Source: a virus
Taxonomy: Duplodnaviria; Caudoviricetes
DNA: 64,000 nucleotides
Virus record (IMG/VR): IMGVR_UViG_3300028805_000089
Location: 24,718-88,717 of that record
Reading direction: 5' to 3' (one strand)
Shown one piece after another: positions 18,550 through 32,574 of this stretch; the stretch's first letter is position 1; the number at the start of each line of letters is the position of its first letter. The notes under the pieces are model-generated. The model searched no databases. It was given only the letters and a program-made list of their open reading frames with translations, and was not told the DNA's origin. Made by a program: the position numbers and the translations under genes.

Positions 18550-19875
18550 TTACTCCATCCCCTCGCTCCCCGCCGTCTCCTCTTCGTCCTCGTACACCGG
18601 CGGCCACGTTTCCGTCGTCACGTCCGGGAAGTCGTTAACACTCGTCGCGTTGATTGTCATCGTTCCATCCTGTGCCAGACTTCTTTCAAACCCGCTCACC
18701 AGATGCCTCTCCAGCGGATATCCTTCCTTGTCCGGTCTCCGCAGCGTAATCAGTTGGTTCTCCTGTATATGGAAAATCTGCCCGCATTCGATGCTCACGT
18801 TTTTCTTCAGCGTCGTATACCGCTTCAGCCTGAACCGCGCCAGACTCTCGCACACTTCGCGGCTGTAATATCCGCTCTGCGCTTCCCTTATCAGCTTCCT
18901 GCCAAGAATATATATGTTCGTGTCGCTCTTCGGGTCGGTATTGATTGCCCTGCCGCCAATCACGCCGTGGTCGCTCAGACTTTGCCCTTCGATGATAACG
19001 TCATTGTACATTTCCCCGTTAAGGATTGTATATGTCGTGCCAAGGAACCGGCTGTTGTCCGGCGATATCTCGTATACCACCGGCTTTTCGCTGTCGTTCA
19101 CGTCATCCTGACTCGGCTCCACGCAGAGCCGCCCGGTGCAGTCATACCCGATGCACCCGGCCAGCATCGTGTTCAGTTCCAGCATCACGTCGGCATAGGT
19201 CTGTCCGGCGCTTTCAGCCCGGTATGTGTAAGGCGCGTCCGTCAGATACCCGACCGACCCGTCCTCAAGTTCCTGCGTCTTCCCATTGTAATAATCGGTA
19301 AACATCGGAGGTACGGAGTCAATCTTCAACCAGCTTTCAGGAGGGATGTTCTGTCCGTACCCCCGTGGGAGATTTAGCAGCCCCTGCATCGCCTGAAAAA
19401 TCGGCGTTCCCACCGTCACCTCATAAATGCCGTCCAGATTGCCAAACAATGTCCCGTCAAGGTAACTCCACTTGTCGTACAGGTCCCACGTCACCGTGTT
19501 GCCCTACGGATCGACCGCCTCCTGCGGGTCCTTAATGTAAAACACGCCCTGCGGCAAATAGAATTCTTCGCCGTTTGGCAGCACCAGCCCCTCACTCAAC
19601 CGCACCTGCGTCCCGAACCAGATCTTGTTCACTTCATAACTGAACGCACCGTCGATGTTCGCCAGCGTCACGCTTGCGTTTCTCCTCTGCCCGTTGTTAA
19701 AGTTAACGGTCAGCGTCCCGTCCTGAATAAACGCCCTGCTCTTTGGGTTGTCCGGGTTGTTGTCAACCACAAAATTTACCGTTCCGTCGGGCCACAAAAA
19801 CTCCAGTTTCGCCAGCTTCTGAAACGGCCCCTTCAGCGCCTCCAGATACAAATTCCACTTTTCGCTCTGTGTCAC
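18550..19875 (-). CDS. tail tip / baseplate-hub-like protein, 441 aa; TAG at codon 124
   Basis: AVDP*GNTVTWDLYDKWSYLDGTLFG; position downstream of the tape measure. Confidence 0.7.
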
Positions 19876-19980
19876 TCTTTCACCCCCAGACACCCACATG
19901 ATTATTTTTCAAACGAGTTTTTCTGCCATCGTAATTTTTTTCAACCGACTTCTAAACATTGCCGCAGGAGCGTCTCCATC

Positions 19981-20154
19981 GCCTTCTCCGTTTGGGGGCC
20001 TGGAGCGCCCGGAAAACAGTCCGGTGGACTGTTTTCAGCGAAAGGCGGGCGGTAGCCCCGGACGGTGTCAGTGCCATCGTAAGACGCTTAGGTCACGGGA
20101 CACCCCGGCCTACTTCGTCGGCCACCCCGTGGCAAGGGATGAGGTTCCCCGTCC
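19981..20154 (+). repeat. expanded palindromic repeat with a nested CAGTCCGGTGGACTG hairpin
   Basis: Starts gccttctccgtttgggg and ends ggatgaggttccccgtcc like the other copies; intergenic. Confidence 0.6.
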
Positions 20155-20186
20155 ATCCGTCAACTTCACTCTCCACTCTTCACTCT

Positions 20187-20390
20187 TCACTCTTTTCTCC
20201 GTTTATCCCTCTTGATCTCCTGGTCCGTCCTCCGCGCCACCTTGCCGTTTCCCGTCAGCTTATACATCGGCACGACTTCGTCCAGCAGCGTCCATCCGGT
20301 CATGTCCTCATCAACCACGGTCCATCCGTCCCGCTCCTCTTTGGATGCCTCCCATATTCTCCGCTTTTCGTCAACCCTTACCCAGCACAT
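20187..20390 (-). CDS. small hypothetical tail-region protein
   Basis: GGAGG RBS, 67 aa. Confidence 0.55.
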   Translation of the reverse strand: MCWVRVDEKRRIWEASKEERDGWTVVDEDMTGWTLLDEVVPMYKLTGNGKVARRTDQEIKRDKRRKE

Positions 20391-20402
20391 ATCCAGCCTC
20401 CG

Positions 20403-22064
20403 TCAAATATTATACGTCACGGTCAGCGTGCATCCCGCCCGCATGAATGTAAAGAATTCGGTCGGGCTGTTCATGCCCACGGCAAATCCTTTAATCGTCC
20501 CGTTCTGAAGCAGATAAAACTTTTCGGGCGGGAATTCAAACGTCCCGGTTTCTCCGGGCGCGATATACTGCATCGGCGCTCCGACGGACAAATACCAGTC
20601 TCCGCTCTGCTATGAATAACTCCACGGGTCGCAGGATCCGGCGTAATTATGTATCGTCGCCGCCGTCAGGTTGTGATAATACGGCCTGATAACAACGCCG
20701 CTGCTGCTCCCGCCGCTGCTTGTCCTTTTGATGCTCACCGTCGCCTTGGTTATCGTGGCCCCGGCCAGCGTCTGCGCAATCGTATCCGCGTCGTCAAACA
20801 GCCAAAGACCGGCCATATATTTTTTGCTCCCGCTGTTGTATCCCATTCTTGGATTGTTCGTTCCGTCGCCGCGCCATCCGATGGCCTTTCCAAGGTACGC
20901 CTCCGTGCCGGTCTTGGAACTCTCGGTAAAGTATCCGCTGCTGCTTGTCCATGTGCTGGTCACCTCGGTCACGGCGGGCGGTGCTTCTCCGCCGCTCGTC
21001 ACCTTGGTCACCGTACCGGAGCATGTGAACGGATAACCGTTGCTCTCATACCCCGTCCCGGCGGAATCTGTCCCGGCGGGAATCGTTCCCTTCGCGTTCA
21101 CATATCCGCCGTCGGGGCTGATGACTACGCCGTTCACAAGGTTCGCAAGCGTCGTTTCGTCCGTGCTGAACGCGCCGCCAGCGCAGTCAACGATATCGGC
21201 ATGCGCATGTTCCACATAGATCGCCGCGCCCGTCCGGTCGATCAGGCATCCGTCGATAAAGGCGTAGCTGCCGTCCCTCACATAAACGCCGTATGCCTGC
21301 CCGTCGTCCCCGGCCTCGCGTTCTACGCCGTGGATTTCAATGCCGCTCACCTTCACGAATCCGTTTCCGCGCAGGTCAACCACCGCGTCCTCCAGCACGC
21401 CCATGAACTGCGTCGTGTCCGTCCCGTCGGTATCGCCCGTGATGTTTACCCTGTTGTTCCCGGATATCACCCAGTCGCCCTTCACCACGGCAGCCTTGTC
21501 AAGGTTCAGCGTCAGCGTCCCGTTCCCGCTGAACCCGGAGATATCCACGTCCTCGACGTATGTCCCTTCAGGTACGGCGATGACCACATCCCCGGTCAGG
21601 TGCTTTCCAAGCCCGTCGATCACATCCTGTATTTTGCCGTTTACCGTCGCGGTCTTCGCACCCTGTATATTGATAATGTCGCCGCCGATATGCCCGTCAA
21701 CCGAGAGGTTGTCAAGCACAAGGCTTACGCCGTTTTCGTCGGCTGAAATAAAAGTCTTTTTCCAGCTTCCGCTGTTCACAGCGCAGGCGTTCCCAAGCCC
21801 GTAAGCCCATTCCACCCACACGCTTTCACCCGGCTGCGCGTTGTAAAGGTCCGGCACAAACGGCACGTCGAACGGCTCTCCGAACGCCTCCCGCACGGTC
21901 AGGACCACGTTTCCGTTTTCGTCTTCATGCGCTCCCTGTACAACGTACATTTTTTTCCTGCGCACAAAGTCCGTGGAATATTCCTTCAGGATATCCGTCA
22001 CAACGTTTTCGATGCCGTTCAGCATCATTTTGTTTTCGACGATTCTGTTTCTTCCGTTATCCAT
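20403..22064 (-). CDS. minor tail protein, 553 aa; TAG at codon 485
   Basis: WSYS*QSGDWYL continues in frame to TGA 20403. Confidence 0.7.
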
Positions 22065-23853
22065 TTTGCTCGTCCGCCTTTATCACGGTCTCGACCTTCA
22101 GTTTGCCCTCGCTGTCAATCTCAAGGTCTGCTGGAACATATTCCATGCTGTTGTCATACACCTGCTCAAGCTGACCGCCGTCGCTCATCTGAATCTCGCT
22201 GCCGACGTACCCATCGTCGTTCATCGTCCACGTCACATATCCGTCCTGATCTACGCTGATAGCCGTCGCCGTGTCGATTATGTCGTCGCCCCGCGCCATC
22301 AACCCGTCCGTCAATAGACTTACGATCTGGCAGTCCTTCGCGTCCCCGACCTCGACCCACGGAATCTCTATCTGCACGGGCTGTTCCGCGTATTTGTCCT
22401 GCGTCTCTTTCACGATGGCGTCGCTTATCTCTATCATCCGCAGGTTGCCCTTCCGGTCCCGCAGGAACTTGACGGTATTCCGCGTGCTCATGTCCATCAG
22501 ATCATCGACCATCTGCACGCTGTCCCTGAACTGCGTATCCTTCACGCCGCCGACCCACGCCCGCAGCTTTCCGCTCAGTCCTTTCCGTCCCACCTTCTGC
22601 ACGGTTGGGTAGGGGGTAAAGTTGTTCTCCACATACGGCGTGTTCTCATTGCTTATGCTACCGCTGTCCACGTTCGCCTGAAACTGGTGTACGCACTTTA
22701 CATGGTACAGGGTATTGTATATCGTTATATATTGTATCTCTTCTTCGTATGCACCGGCAATCGGGAATTTCATGTATTCCGTGTTGGCGGGAGTTGCTTC
22801 TATTATTGCCCAGTTCCAGTAATAGCGCATTTTCATTGGTCTTTCGGATGTCAGCGTGTATCCTTCGTAGTTCGTCGCGGCATAATAAGCTTTGTAAATA
22901 TACTCGGTATTATTGCACGCGCCGAAGTCATACATCTCCGTTTGACCGGGCGGGATCAGTCCAGCCTTTTCCACGGCGTTTGTCTGTGTGTTTATCCGGT
23001 AAATGTCCCATCCCTTTTGCGGCTGCGGCACTTCGTATCCTTCGTCCGCGCTTATCCGCAGGAAAAACGCCGGGTTATCCCGCACATAATAAACTTCCAG
23101 ATGGACCCCTTCCAGCGGCGTCTCAGGCCACGCGACGGTAAAGTCTTCCCAGTCGGTCTGCGCTGTAATCCCGTTTTCAAACGTACCGGTAAGCTGTATG
23201 GAATAATTCGTATGGTTTTTCATCAAACCATAGAAAACAAACGGGGCGCGTGACGCGTATATGTCGCCCGTGTCTTTTAATATCTCATGCTCCGAATCCT
23301 ATTTTGCCAGTTTCCATCTGTATGATATCAGCGGGTTGCCAGGTTGTTCGTCTGATATAAGTCCGCCGAAATAAGCGCAGCGTCCCTGATATAAATATCC
23401 GTTTGGTATCGTAAATGTCGGCCTTTTGCTTGTCAAAAAAAACACGGGACTGATATTGACAAGTCGTTTGAATACAAAGTCTGTACTATCGACATAAAAC
23501 TGGTCTATGCGAAGTTTATAACCGTATTGATAACCGTTGACGATACCGGCGTTTGCAAGGTCTGCTGCCGTGATCGTGTCCTAAAACGGAACGGGATTCC
23601 CGCGTTCGTCCTTGCCGTATATAGGCATTTCATACACTCTTTCGGAGCCGGGTATGTGATAATACTTCGCCCTCACTTCGCTTCTGTATACTTCTGTACT
23701 TTCCGGCGTGTTTTCCAGAATAAAGAACTGCCACGAAACCATCGGCTGCGTCCCGTTAATCTGCCACGTCACCGTCATATCCTGTGTCGCGTCTATAACG
23801 CCCGTCCCGTTAAGCTATGACGGCGTAATGACGGTCGGTTGATAAAGCCCCAT
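22057..23853 (-). CDS. tail tip (distal tail-like) protein, 598 aa; TAGs at codons 13, 91, 185
   Basis: MGLYQPTVITPS*LNG...PVPF*DTI...LAK*DSE; single frame read through to TAA; AAGGAGG RBS. Confidence 0.75.
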
Positions 23854-24122
23854 ATCCTTTTATCCTCCTTCTCCGTCCGCCTTTCCGGGACGGTCATGCG
23901 TTTTGGCACTTTTTATTCAAATTGCCGGTCTGCACGGGGCAGGGGAGAGGTCTCCCTCTCCCCGCCCCAAACAGGGGACGGTTCTCCGTCTCTCGGTTCT
24001 CCGTCACGCTCCAAACAGGGGACGGTTCTCCGTTCTCATTTATCCGTGTCCGTTCCTGTCCGTTCATGTACGTCCATGTACGTCCATGTACACTTGTGTA
24101 CACCAAACTTAGTCGGCGTGAT

Positions 24123-24187
24123 GCCTTCCCCGATTGGGGAAGGTGGCACCGCGCCTAAAGCGCGGTGACGGATGAGGTTCCCCCGTC
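24123..24187 (+). repeat. palindromic CCTTCCCC..GGAAGG..GGATGAGG element, copy 2
   Basis: Lies in a repeat-dense gap after the tape measure gene. Confidence 0.8.
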
Positions 24188-24244
24188 CCCGTCATCTCAA
24201 CTCTCAACTCTCAACTCTTCTGTCAGGATCTCAACTCTTCCTCT

Positions 24245-27200
24245 TTACCTGTTTCTGTACAGCCTGTGCCTGCCCAGAATGTCCGTCATCGTTTTCGCGT
24301 CGCTTCCGTCAATCGTGATGCCGTCCACGATAATCGTCGTGCTTTGGTCCACGCTTGAATAGCTTCCGTACTTGCCCTGCTCCGGCGAATACTTGCCGAT
24401 GTCGCCCACCGTAATGGCGTCCCACGTCGGGGCCAGCGCGTACAGCGCGTCAAGCAGTTTCACGGTCCCTTCCATCTGCGCAACGTAATTCTCTCCGGCA
24501 CCCATCATTTTCTGAAGCGCGTCCGTCAGGCTTTCCAGCGGCACCTCCACAGCGTCCACCAGTCTCTGGTAATACTTGTCGAGGTCGTCGTAGGTCTGCT
24601 GCAGCTTGTCCAGCGCATCCTGCAATGGGTCGATGCTCTCTCCGTACTCGTACTCAATTTTCGTCCTCTCATGCTCAAGGTCTTCCTGCTTGCGTTCGAT
24701 TACTTCCTCCTGATCCTCAAGCGCTTCGATTTGTTCCTTGTACTGGTCTTCGATGGCATCCCGTTCCCGCTTCAGCGTCGTGATTTCAAAGTCGGCCAGC
24801 GCGTCAGCATACGCCTCCTCGGCCTCCTTAATCGCCTTCGCGTCGGCCATCCATTCCCATTGCCCGGTTTCTTCATTAAAGTACCTTATCGTCCTCTGGT
24901 GCCTTGCGTCCTCCAGCGCCTGCCGTTTTTCCTCAAGGTCGATGTTTTCCTTGTTGATGTCCCGCTCTTTTTCAAGCCGCTCTATTTCCTTGTTCAGCGG
25001 TTTGATGGCGTCGTCCCTCGCCCTTTCAAGCAGCGTCACTTCATACTGCAGCATCGACAGGCTGTAGTCCAAATCCTCCAGTTCCTCTTCGATGGGCTTG
25101 AGCAATTCATCCCTTGCCCGTTCGATGGCCGTGATATCATCCTGATAACTATCGATCTGGTACTGGATTTTCTTCAGCCCATAATCGATATACTTCCGAA
25201 TGATATCCCAGAAATCTTCCTGTTCTCCTTCGTCGCTGCTCTGGGTTTGGGAACCCTGGCTCTGTTCCCATTCCTCGCGTTCGCTCTTTTTTTCTTCTTC
25301 GTCCTTCTTTTTATCCGGAGGAGGGGTCACGGTCAACTTCGTGGAATCTCCGAACATTTTGCCGAAGAATCCTCCCACAAGGTCCATGAAGTTATTCCCG
25401 CCGTTTGTTCCGTCGGCATAAGCGGGGATGCTCATCTTTCCGCCAAGCAGCGACGCCGTTTCCTTCGCGGTATAGATCGTCGCGCCTTTCGGGATCTTTG
25501 CGATAGTCGGGAATCCGTTTGCGTAAATCTACGCCAGCCCATTCCCGGCAACCAACTCCGGCCCTTCCTCGTTGATCAGGGCATATCCGCCTTTGAAGTC
25601 GGAAGCGCCGTTTGCCGCCTTTGGTAGGTTGAACAAGTCTTTGAGTCCTTCAAGAACGCCGCCTGACGGCGATTTTGTATTCGTCGTTACGGTTATCGTC
25701 TTGTTCTTGATTCCCTCCAGCGTGGTTTTCAGGCGGTTCAGTTTGCTCTGGCTGTCAGAAACGTTTGCGTTAACGCTGAAACTGATTGTCCTTTCGATAA
25801 ATTCCTGAAGTTCTTCAATGGACTCAAGTTCTGTATAAGCGTTTCCTTCAGCGTCAATGGTCAGCGTGGTATGTTTTCCGTTCCCTTGCGTATCGCCAAA
25901 GAATTCGTCGATGATTTGCGTCCCGTCGCCCTCAGTTACAATCTTGACCCTGTGAACGGTACCGGCAGCTTCATCGATTTCCGTAATAATGTCCATAACG
26001 GCGTCGCTGTCTTCCACCTGGAATTGCGCGGTGTATACCATCGTGCCGTCTTCAGTCATAAACGAATCTTCGCTGAGTTTGATTCCGGCGACCGGAAGTT
26101 CAGCTGGATTTTGCCCAAGATTAGCCTGCACAACAGAGGAAGCTTCTTCTGCGGCACTCTTTGCAGAAGACTCATCGGCTGTCACTTTCAGTTCTATCCC
26201 GGCATACATATCTTTAAGCGATCTGCCCTTCGTGGGATCAGGAGAACCGGTGTTCAGCGGACTTGAGGGATTTAATATCGGACTTAAAGCAAATAGCGAC
26301 CCGGTGAATGGGTCATCATCAAAAACGGCGCTCAAATGATAATGATAAGATTCGTCTGTAGTATTGATGCTGTCGGCAATCAGTTTTTGTGCCGCCGCGA
26401 CGCCCGCCTCGACGCCGTCAGTTGTTGCTTCCAGATCATAAGTGCCAAACTCGCCGCTGTTTACCGCTCCCGTGCTGGTCACTACATTTTTTTCGACTTT
26501 ATCAAGGGCTTCGACGGCACCGTCATCATTTCCCGTAACATTGATAACAGCCTTGTTGCTTGCGGCGTTGGCTTTTTCTTCTGCGGTTACGACGACCTGG
26601 TCGGCCTTATTATTAAATTTATCGAGATCGCCGTCATAATGGATCATCCGTACCGTTTGCGTCGGCCCGTTTGCGGTTTCTTCAAGTATAACGATCATAG
26701 CGTTCAGCATATCGCCGTTCGCGCTGTATTCAATCTCCCTTACACCTAAAACAGAATTGGCGTTTGCGTCCGTGATCGAAAGATTTGCCACCTGACCGTT
26801 TGTCTTGTAATAAATATCGCGAATGCGTCCGGCTTGATTGGCAATAAATTCCACGTCCTGAATATTATCGATCTGTCCGTCCGTCGTGAATGTAACATGT
26901 CTGTCTTTTGTCAATGTGTCCATGTTCCATTCAAACACGTCCGCGTCTCTTAACGTGCCGTCCGTATAAAAGCCGACTTTCCGTTGCGTTATATTCGCCA
27001 GCGTTGTATCTATGACGTCGATATTGTTGACTTTGCCGGTAGAGTCAAACTGTATTGTTCTGGTCTCGGCGGCGGCTTCGGCACCGGCAAGTATTTTGTC
27101 GATTGTCATTTGCGCTGTGCCGTCCTGATCGACTTCAAAACTGATTTTGTATGTCGTGCCGTCGTTTTCAAATATGTTTAATCCATTCGGCGTCTATGCG

Positions 27201-30200
27201 GCTGTCGCCATTCCGCTGTTGTTGATAAGCTTTCTGAGATACTCCCAATCCGCGTCGTTTCCGGATGCGTCTTTGATTGCCGTGATTTTACCTTCGACCA
27301 TTTCAAGGGAACCGCCTGCGGCCTCGGCGGCCGCCTGCATTCTCGCAAGCATTTTGTCGGCTCCCTCGGCATTCCCGTTCAGACGCATCTGGTCAAGATA
27401 CGCGTTCATGGACGCGACCTGCTCGGTCACGTTTTCATATCCGCTTACGTCAACGGGCAGTCCAAGCGCTTCCGGTGTACTTTCGGCGGCGATCTGCGCG
27501 GCGTTTGAGAGTTCTTCCCGGACGGTCTGCGCGTCTTCCGCAGCATGCTCCGTGGCGTCTTCCATTTTTTCGGTGTAATCGGCGTAATTTTGCCATCCGC
27601 CCTCAACGTCAGGAACACCTTGTATCTCGACTTCGCCGATTTCGTTCAGCAGATAAAGCCATTCCTTCATCTGCATCCACTCGGATGAACCCATTCCGGA
27701 ATTCTCGGCGAACGCAAGCAGCTTGTCATAATCTATTGTCAGCAGACCTTCTTCTGTTTCAGCCGCAAACCCGGCTGCCTTGCCCATTTCCTTCAGTTGT
27801 GCCGTGAAATTTTTTACGTCCGATTCAAGGTCGCCGTATACGCCCAGGGCCTTGATGGCATCCCATGTCTGATCGATACTGAGATGAGTCGCCTCGGCAA
27901 GCCCCTGCAAATCAGAAACGGTAAACTCTATTTGCCCGTTTACTTCTTTGTAGGACGCGACGACTTTGTCATTCAGCTTGATCTCGCCCGTCTTCTTGTC
28001 GGCGATTTTTGCAAGCACGGCAAGGAATCCCTCGCCGTAAGTCTTTTCCGCGTCGCCGTACATTGTTTTGTACGGTCCGTTTGCCATGAACGCGTTGACG
28101 CCCTTATAACCTTTTTCGCGGTACAGCGTATCGAAATCCGTCCCGCTCCCGGCCATCAAATATCGCGCCGCAGCCATTGCTTTCTGGCTGTTCACGCGTC
28201 CCGCCTCGATCTCCTCGGCGTATGTCGCGTATGCGCTCTGGTAATCCGCGAATCCTTTATTTTCCGCGTCGCGTTCCATTGCGGCGTCAAAGGCCGTCTT
28301 GGCTTTTGTCGCGGCGCTTAATGCGGCTGTAAGTTTGTTTACGCTTGCGGCTGCTTTATCGGTACTATTTGCCATTCCGGCGGCACCATCGAATTCGGTA
28401 ATCCTTAACCATTCTTTATATACTTGCGGATACCTCTACGCAAATAATTCGAGAAACGCTGTTCTTATATATTTGGCATAACCCGGATAATTGTTTTCGT
28501 CAATTGTATTGAATAGCGTTTCCATTTCTCTTGCATATTCGCGCAGCGTATCTATATCTACATCTCCACCGGAATTAATAATGCCTTGTAAATTCTCCAG
28601 TTTAACCCAGTTTGGATTATCTATCTACATTAGGGAATTTGCCGCCGAATCAACATAGGCGTTTAATGCTGTTGACGCTCTTTCGTATGCGTCACTCGCG
28701 TCATCTAAATACTCAACGATTCGTGAGTAGCTTGGAACATCTGTCGCCTTAATATGATTGTCTAAGGCGTATTGCTCTATTTTAGCTTTTAAAAGCTTTA
28801 CAGATTCGTACTGCTCATAAAGTTCTTTTGCATCAAGTCTCCAATAATCAGTTAACCACGCGGTATAAGATGGTTGATTCGTTCCCTATGGTGTAATAAT
28901 ATTGGCAATTTCTTCTCTGAAACCATCGAAAAGCTCTTTTAATTCATCTGTGTCGCCAAAGAAAAAACGATATGTCTTTGGCGTAAGTGGAACAGACATA
29001 ACAGAAGTGCGGTTAAATTCATCAAGAGCGCCCTTGGCCGCCGCTTCGGCTGCCTTTATTTGCTCTTTTGTCATTTGACGAATTTCGTCTCCCGCAGCTA
29101 TCGCTTGATCTCTCGTTAGGCCAAGTGCGTCCGCCAATGCATAAAGTGCGGTGGTATACTCTTCCGTTCCTTCTTTGGCGGTTAAAAAATTGGCGTAAAG
29201 AGTCATTGTTTCAGTACTGTTTTGATTTGCTTTTTGTCCTGCTGCTACGGCGGCTTTTGCCTGTTTTTCAACATTCGCATTGTAATCCTGCAAAAGTTTA
29301 TTTGCAACGCTTATTGCAACACCAGCAGCGGTCACAGCAAGTCCAAACCCTCGAATGTTTCCTGTCATGCCGGTGACCCAATTTGTATCTCTTCCGGTAA
29401 ATCCAGCCCATAACGTTGCAATTCTTTGTGCTTTCAATGCCGTTACCAATCCAAGTACGATGGTTAGTGCATTTGCTAAATTGCCGACAGCTTGAACTGT
29501 GCCGTTTAACAAATCGAGAACGCCCTTGATCATTCCGGTAGAAACCGTATTATTGACCAGCGCGACCCAGCTTGCCTTCAATCGTTCCGTCTTGACGGTG
29601 ATGGAATCCAAAGAGTTTTGTACCTCCCGGTCGATACTCCCGCTGGCACCTTCGTAGGTCTTCAGCATGCTCTCGTACATGTCCCAGTTCTTGATGAGTA
29701 CCATCAACTGGTTTGTGCGCAGCTTGCCGCCGATATCGCTGACCATGCTGAACAGTTTCGCCTCGGTCAGGATGCCCTGCTGATAGGATTTTGCCAACGC
29801 CCCGATGGCCTCCATCGGGTCGATCAGCGTTCCGGTCGCTTCGGCGGCGCGTACCACTTCGGGCGCGTACAGTTCCAGCACCTGGCGAAGTCCTTCTATT
29901 TCGCCTGCCGTCCATTTCGCGCCGTCCTCGATCTCCGTGGTCGTGTCGCCCATGATGTTCAGGAAAATTGCGCGGAGGGCGGTCGCCGCTTCGGTGCCGC
30001 TCCTCTGCGTAACGGCGGTAACGGTGCCAAGGGCGGCGGTCAGTTCGTTGATGCCTACGTGCGCGGTGGAAGCGATGGTCGCCAGTTTACCGATACCGGC
30101 GCTGATCTCTGCCACGTTCGTGGCGTATTCGTTGCCGATCTGGTTCGCGCCGTCCATCGCGGCGGTCAGGGCCTGGATGTTGCCGTTCAGCCCGTAAGCC

Positions 30201-30706
30201 TTGTCGATGGCCAGGATGTACTGGTTCGCAACGTCTGCGCTCACGTCGCCTGCCCTTTGCAGTTTAACGCTCAGTTCCGCAAGCCCCTCTGCCTGGTCCT
30301 TGTAACCTGCGCGTGTAAAGTCGGCCACGCCTGAAAGGTACTTGGACGCAGCTACGCCGTATGCCTGCGCCACCTTCATAGCGTTCTGCGTCATTCCGGC
30401 AAGTTCTTCGTTTGTCTTTCCGGTCACACGGCGTACCACGACCAGTTCGTCGTCGATGGCCTTGATTTCCTGATACGCGCTTTTCAGATTATTTGTAAAC
30501 GTCTTCCACAATTTCGTGCCAAGGCTGTTCAGCATGTTTTCGTACAGTCTCGTGGTATAACCCACCATCTGGTTAGCCGCTTGCCCCATTCGTCCGCCCA
30601 GATTGATATTCGCCTGCTGCTGCAGCTGATTTAACTGCTGCTGAAGCCCGGCGACGACCGCCGACATATTGTCTACTGCGTTAATATTTACGGTTACGGT
30701 TGCCAT
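24245..30706 (-). CDS. tape measure protein, 2153 aa; 5 in-frame TAGs
   Basis: TP901-type N-terminal region (IDDELVVVRRVTG...); ORFs of 606, 393, 526 and 396 aa plus the gap between the first two share one frame, separated only by TAG at 28886, 28625, 28436, 27194 and 25529. Confidence 0.9.
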
Positions 30707-30837
30707 TTATTTCCCTCCCCGGATAATTCCTGAACTCACCTATTCAAAAATCGCCCTTGGAAGGGCTTTTCGTCTGCCGTCACAAAATCCCTCGAACAGG
30801 GGACGGTTCTGTGTTTGCCGTTTATTTTTCCTGCACG

Positions 30838-31332
30838 TCACACGCCGGACAAATCCGCGTCGTTCACCACATGCGCCAGCGCGTTGTCAACAACGCCGCC
30901 GTCATTGCATCCTTCCTGTACGCCTATCTCCATATACGGCCTCGGCCCAGGCCAGTCCGGATCATGCCATCTTCGTCCGTTCGCGCCGGCTTCAATAATG
31001 TCGCTCAAATAAAACACAGGGTCAGGCGGCGGATTGATCATTCCGTTGTCCCCGGCAGGGGTGCGGTCTTCAATATCGATCCTCGCGCCCAGCATAGACC
31101 GAAGCGTTGTAGTCAACCAGTTGTCTTCATCCGCAAGACCGCCGCCTTCCATGCGCCGTGTATACACAGTACCGGCATACCCGTTGTAAACATGGTTGTG
31201 TACGGCCAATCGAAGCGCTTCCTTGCATGCGTCGTTCAGTTCGCCGCCCTCGCCGGATTGTCGTAGTATCACTTGCCTTATCTGCCGTATCGCCCGCGTT
31301 TGTATATTCTGCATCTCATTCCCGGCAATCAT
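30838..31332 (-). CDS. putative tail completion / HK97 gp10-like protein
   Basis: AAAGGAGG RBS; C-terminal PRPYME motif; position between major tail and tape measure genes. Confidence 0.55.
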   Translation of the reverse strand: MIAGNEMQNIQTRAIRQIRQVILRQSGEGGELNDACKEALRLAVHNHVYNGYAGTVYTRRMEGGGLADEDNWLTTTLRSMLGARIDIEDRTPAGDNGMINPPPDPVFYLSDIIEAGANGRRWHDPDWPGPRPYMEIGVQEGCNDGGVVDNALAHVVNDADLSGV

Positions 31333-31486
31333 CCCGCATCCTCCTTTCTCCGTGGTACAATATTCAATCCCCGCGTCGCGGAACCTGAATGCTGTATCAC
31401 AAAACACAGGGGACGGTTCTTTGTGTTTGCAACGGGGGAGGGCTTTTACGCCCTCCCCCTCGTATCGTTTGTGCTATTCTTTTTTA

Positions 31487-32557
31487 TCAGGCGGTAACGA
31501 CCACGTTGGCCACAACACTCAGGTCGCCGTTTTCCACGGTGATCTCCGTGTTACCGGCGGCCGCGCCGGTCAGCACGCCCTTGTCGGAAACGGTCGCCTT
31601 GGAAGTGTCGGTCACGGTGTAGGTCAGGTCGCTGTAGTCCGGCTGCACCAGGCTGTCGTCGGCCATGACGTACTTCACGGGGACCTGCACGGACTGCGAG
31701 GCGGCAACGGTCACGACGCCGCCGACGATGGCCATGCCCTTCACGTCCACCAGAGCGCCGCCCACGGGCATATCCACCATGTAAGCAAGGGCAAAGGACG
31801 CTTCGTCCACGCAGATGCCCTCGGCGGCAGCCTCTTCATAAGGCAGAGCGGAACCGGACAGGGTGTCAACATCAGCGTCGGTCTGGTCGCCCTTCACAGG
31901 CGCTTCGCCCTTGAACTGCATCCTCGGAATCCAGATGTAGCGGTCGCCCCACTTGGTGCCCTTGGTGCTGCCCTGGCCCTGAGTGGTGTACAGCGGCATA
32001 CGGATCATGCAGATTTCGATGTTGGGTTCAAACACGCTGTCAACGCGCAGCTGATGGGCACTGGCGGCGCGGACGAAGTACCGCACGCAGTAGGTCTCGC
32101 CGACCACGGGAACGAAGTCCTACACGGCCTTGGTAGTGGGATCGATTTCGAAAGCGACGCCGCTCTTGTCCACGAAACCGTAAATCTTGTCGGTTCCGTA
32201 GGGAGCCACGGGGGTCTGACTCACGATCAGCGCGGTCGCGCCGGAAGCGACGGTAATGGTCTCCAGTACGGGGATGATTCCGTTGTAGCTGAGTTCGCCG
32301 CCGACGGACAAGGCACGGCTCTCCAGGGTGGAGGTCGCGGCGGTGATTTCCAGTTCCAGCTTGGCGCTGTCAGGCAGGTTCAACAGGACGGGGTTCCGCA
32401 GGGAGCCGTTGATCTCGCCCATGTTGGTGCTGGTTGTCAGACTGTTGGTCTGGATTTTGTTGGAATAGAAATCCAGGTTGAAAGTGGACGGGTTGAAAAG
32501 CCAAACGTCCATAGTGCCTTTCGCATAAATGGGAGTACTGTTGGTTGCGTAAGCCAT
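31487..32557 (-). CDS. major tail protein copy B with C-terminal Ig-like domain, 356 aa; TAG at codon 146
   Basis: TKAV*DFVPVVGETY; highly similar to 32575-33666. Confidence 0.8.
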
Positions 32558-32574
32558 AATCTTACATCTCCTCT

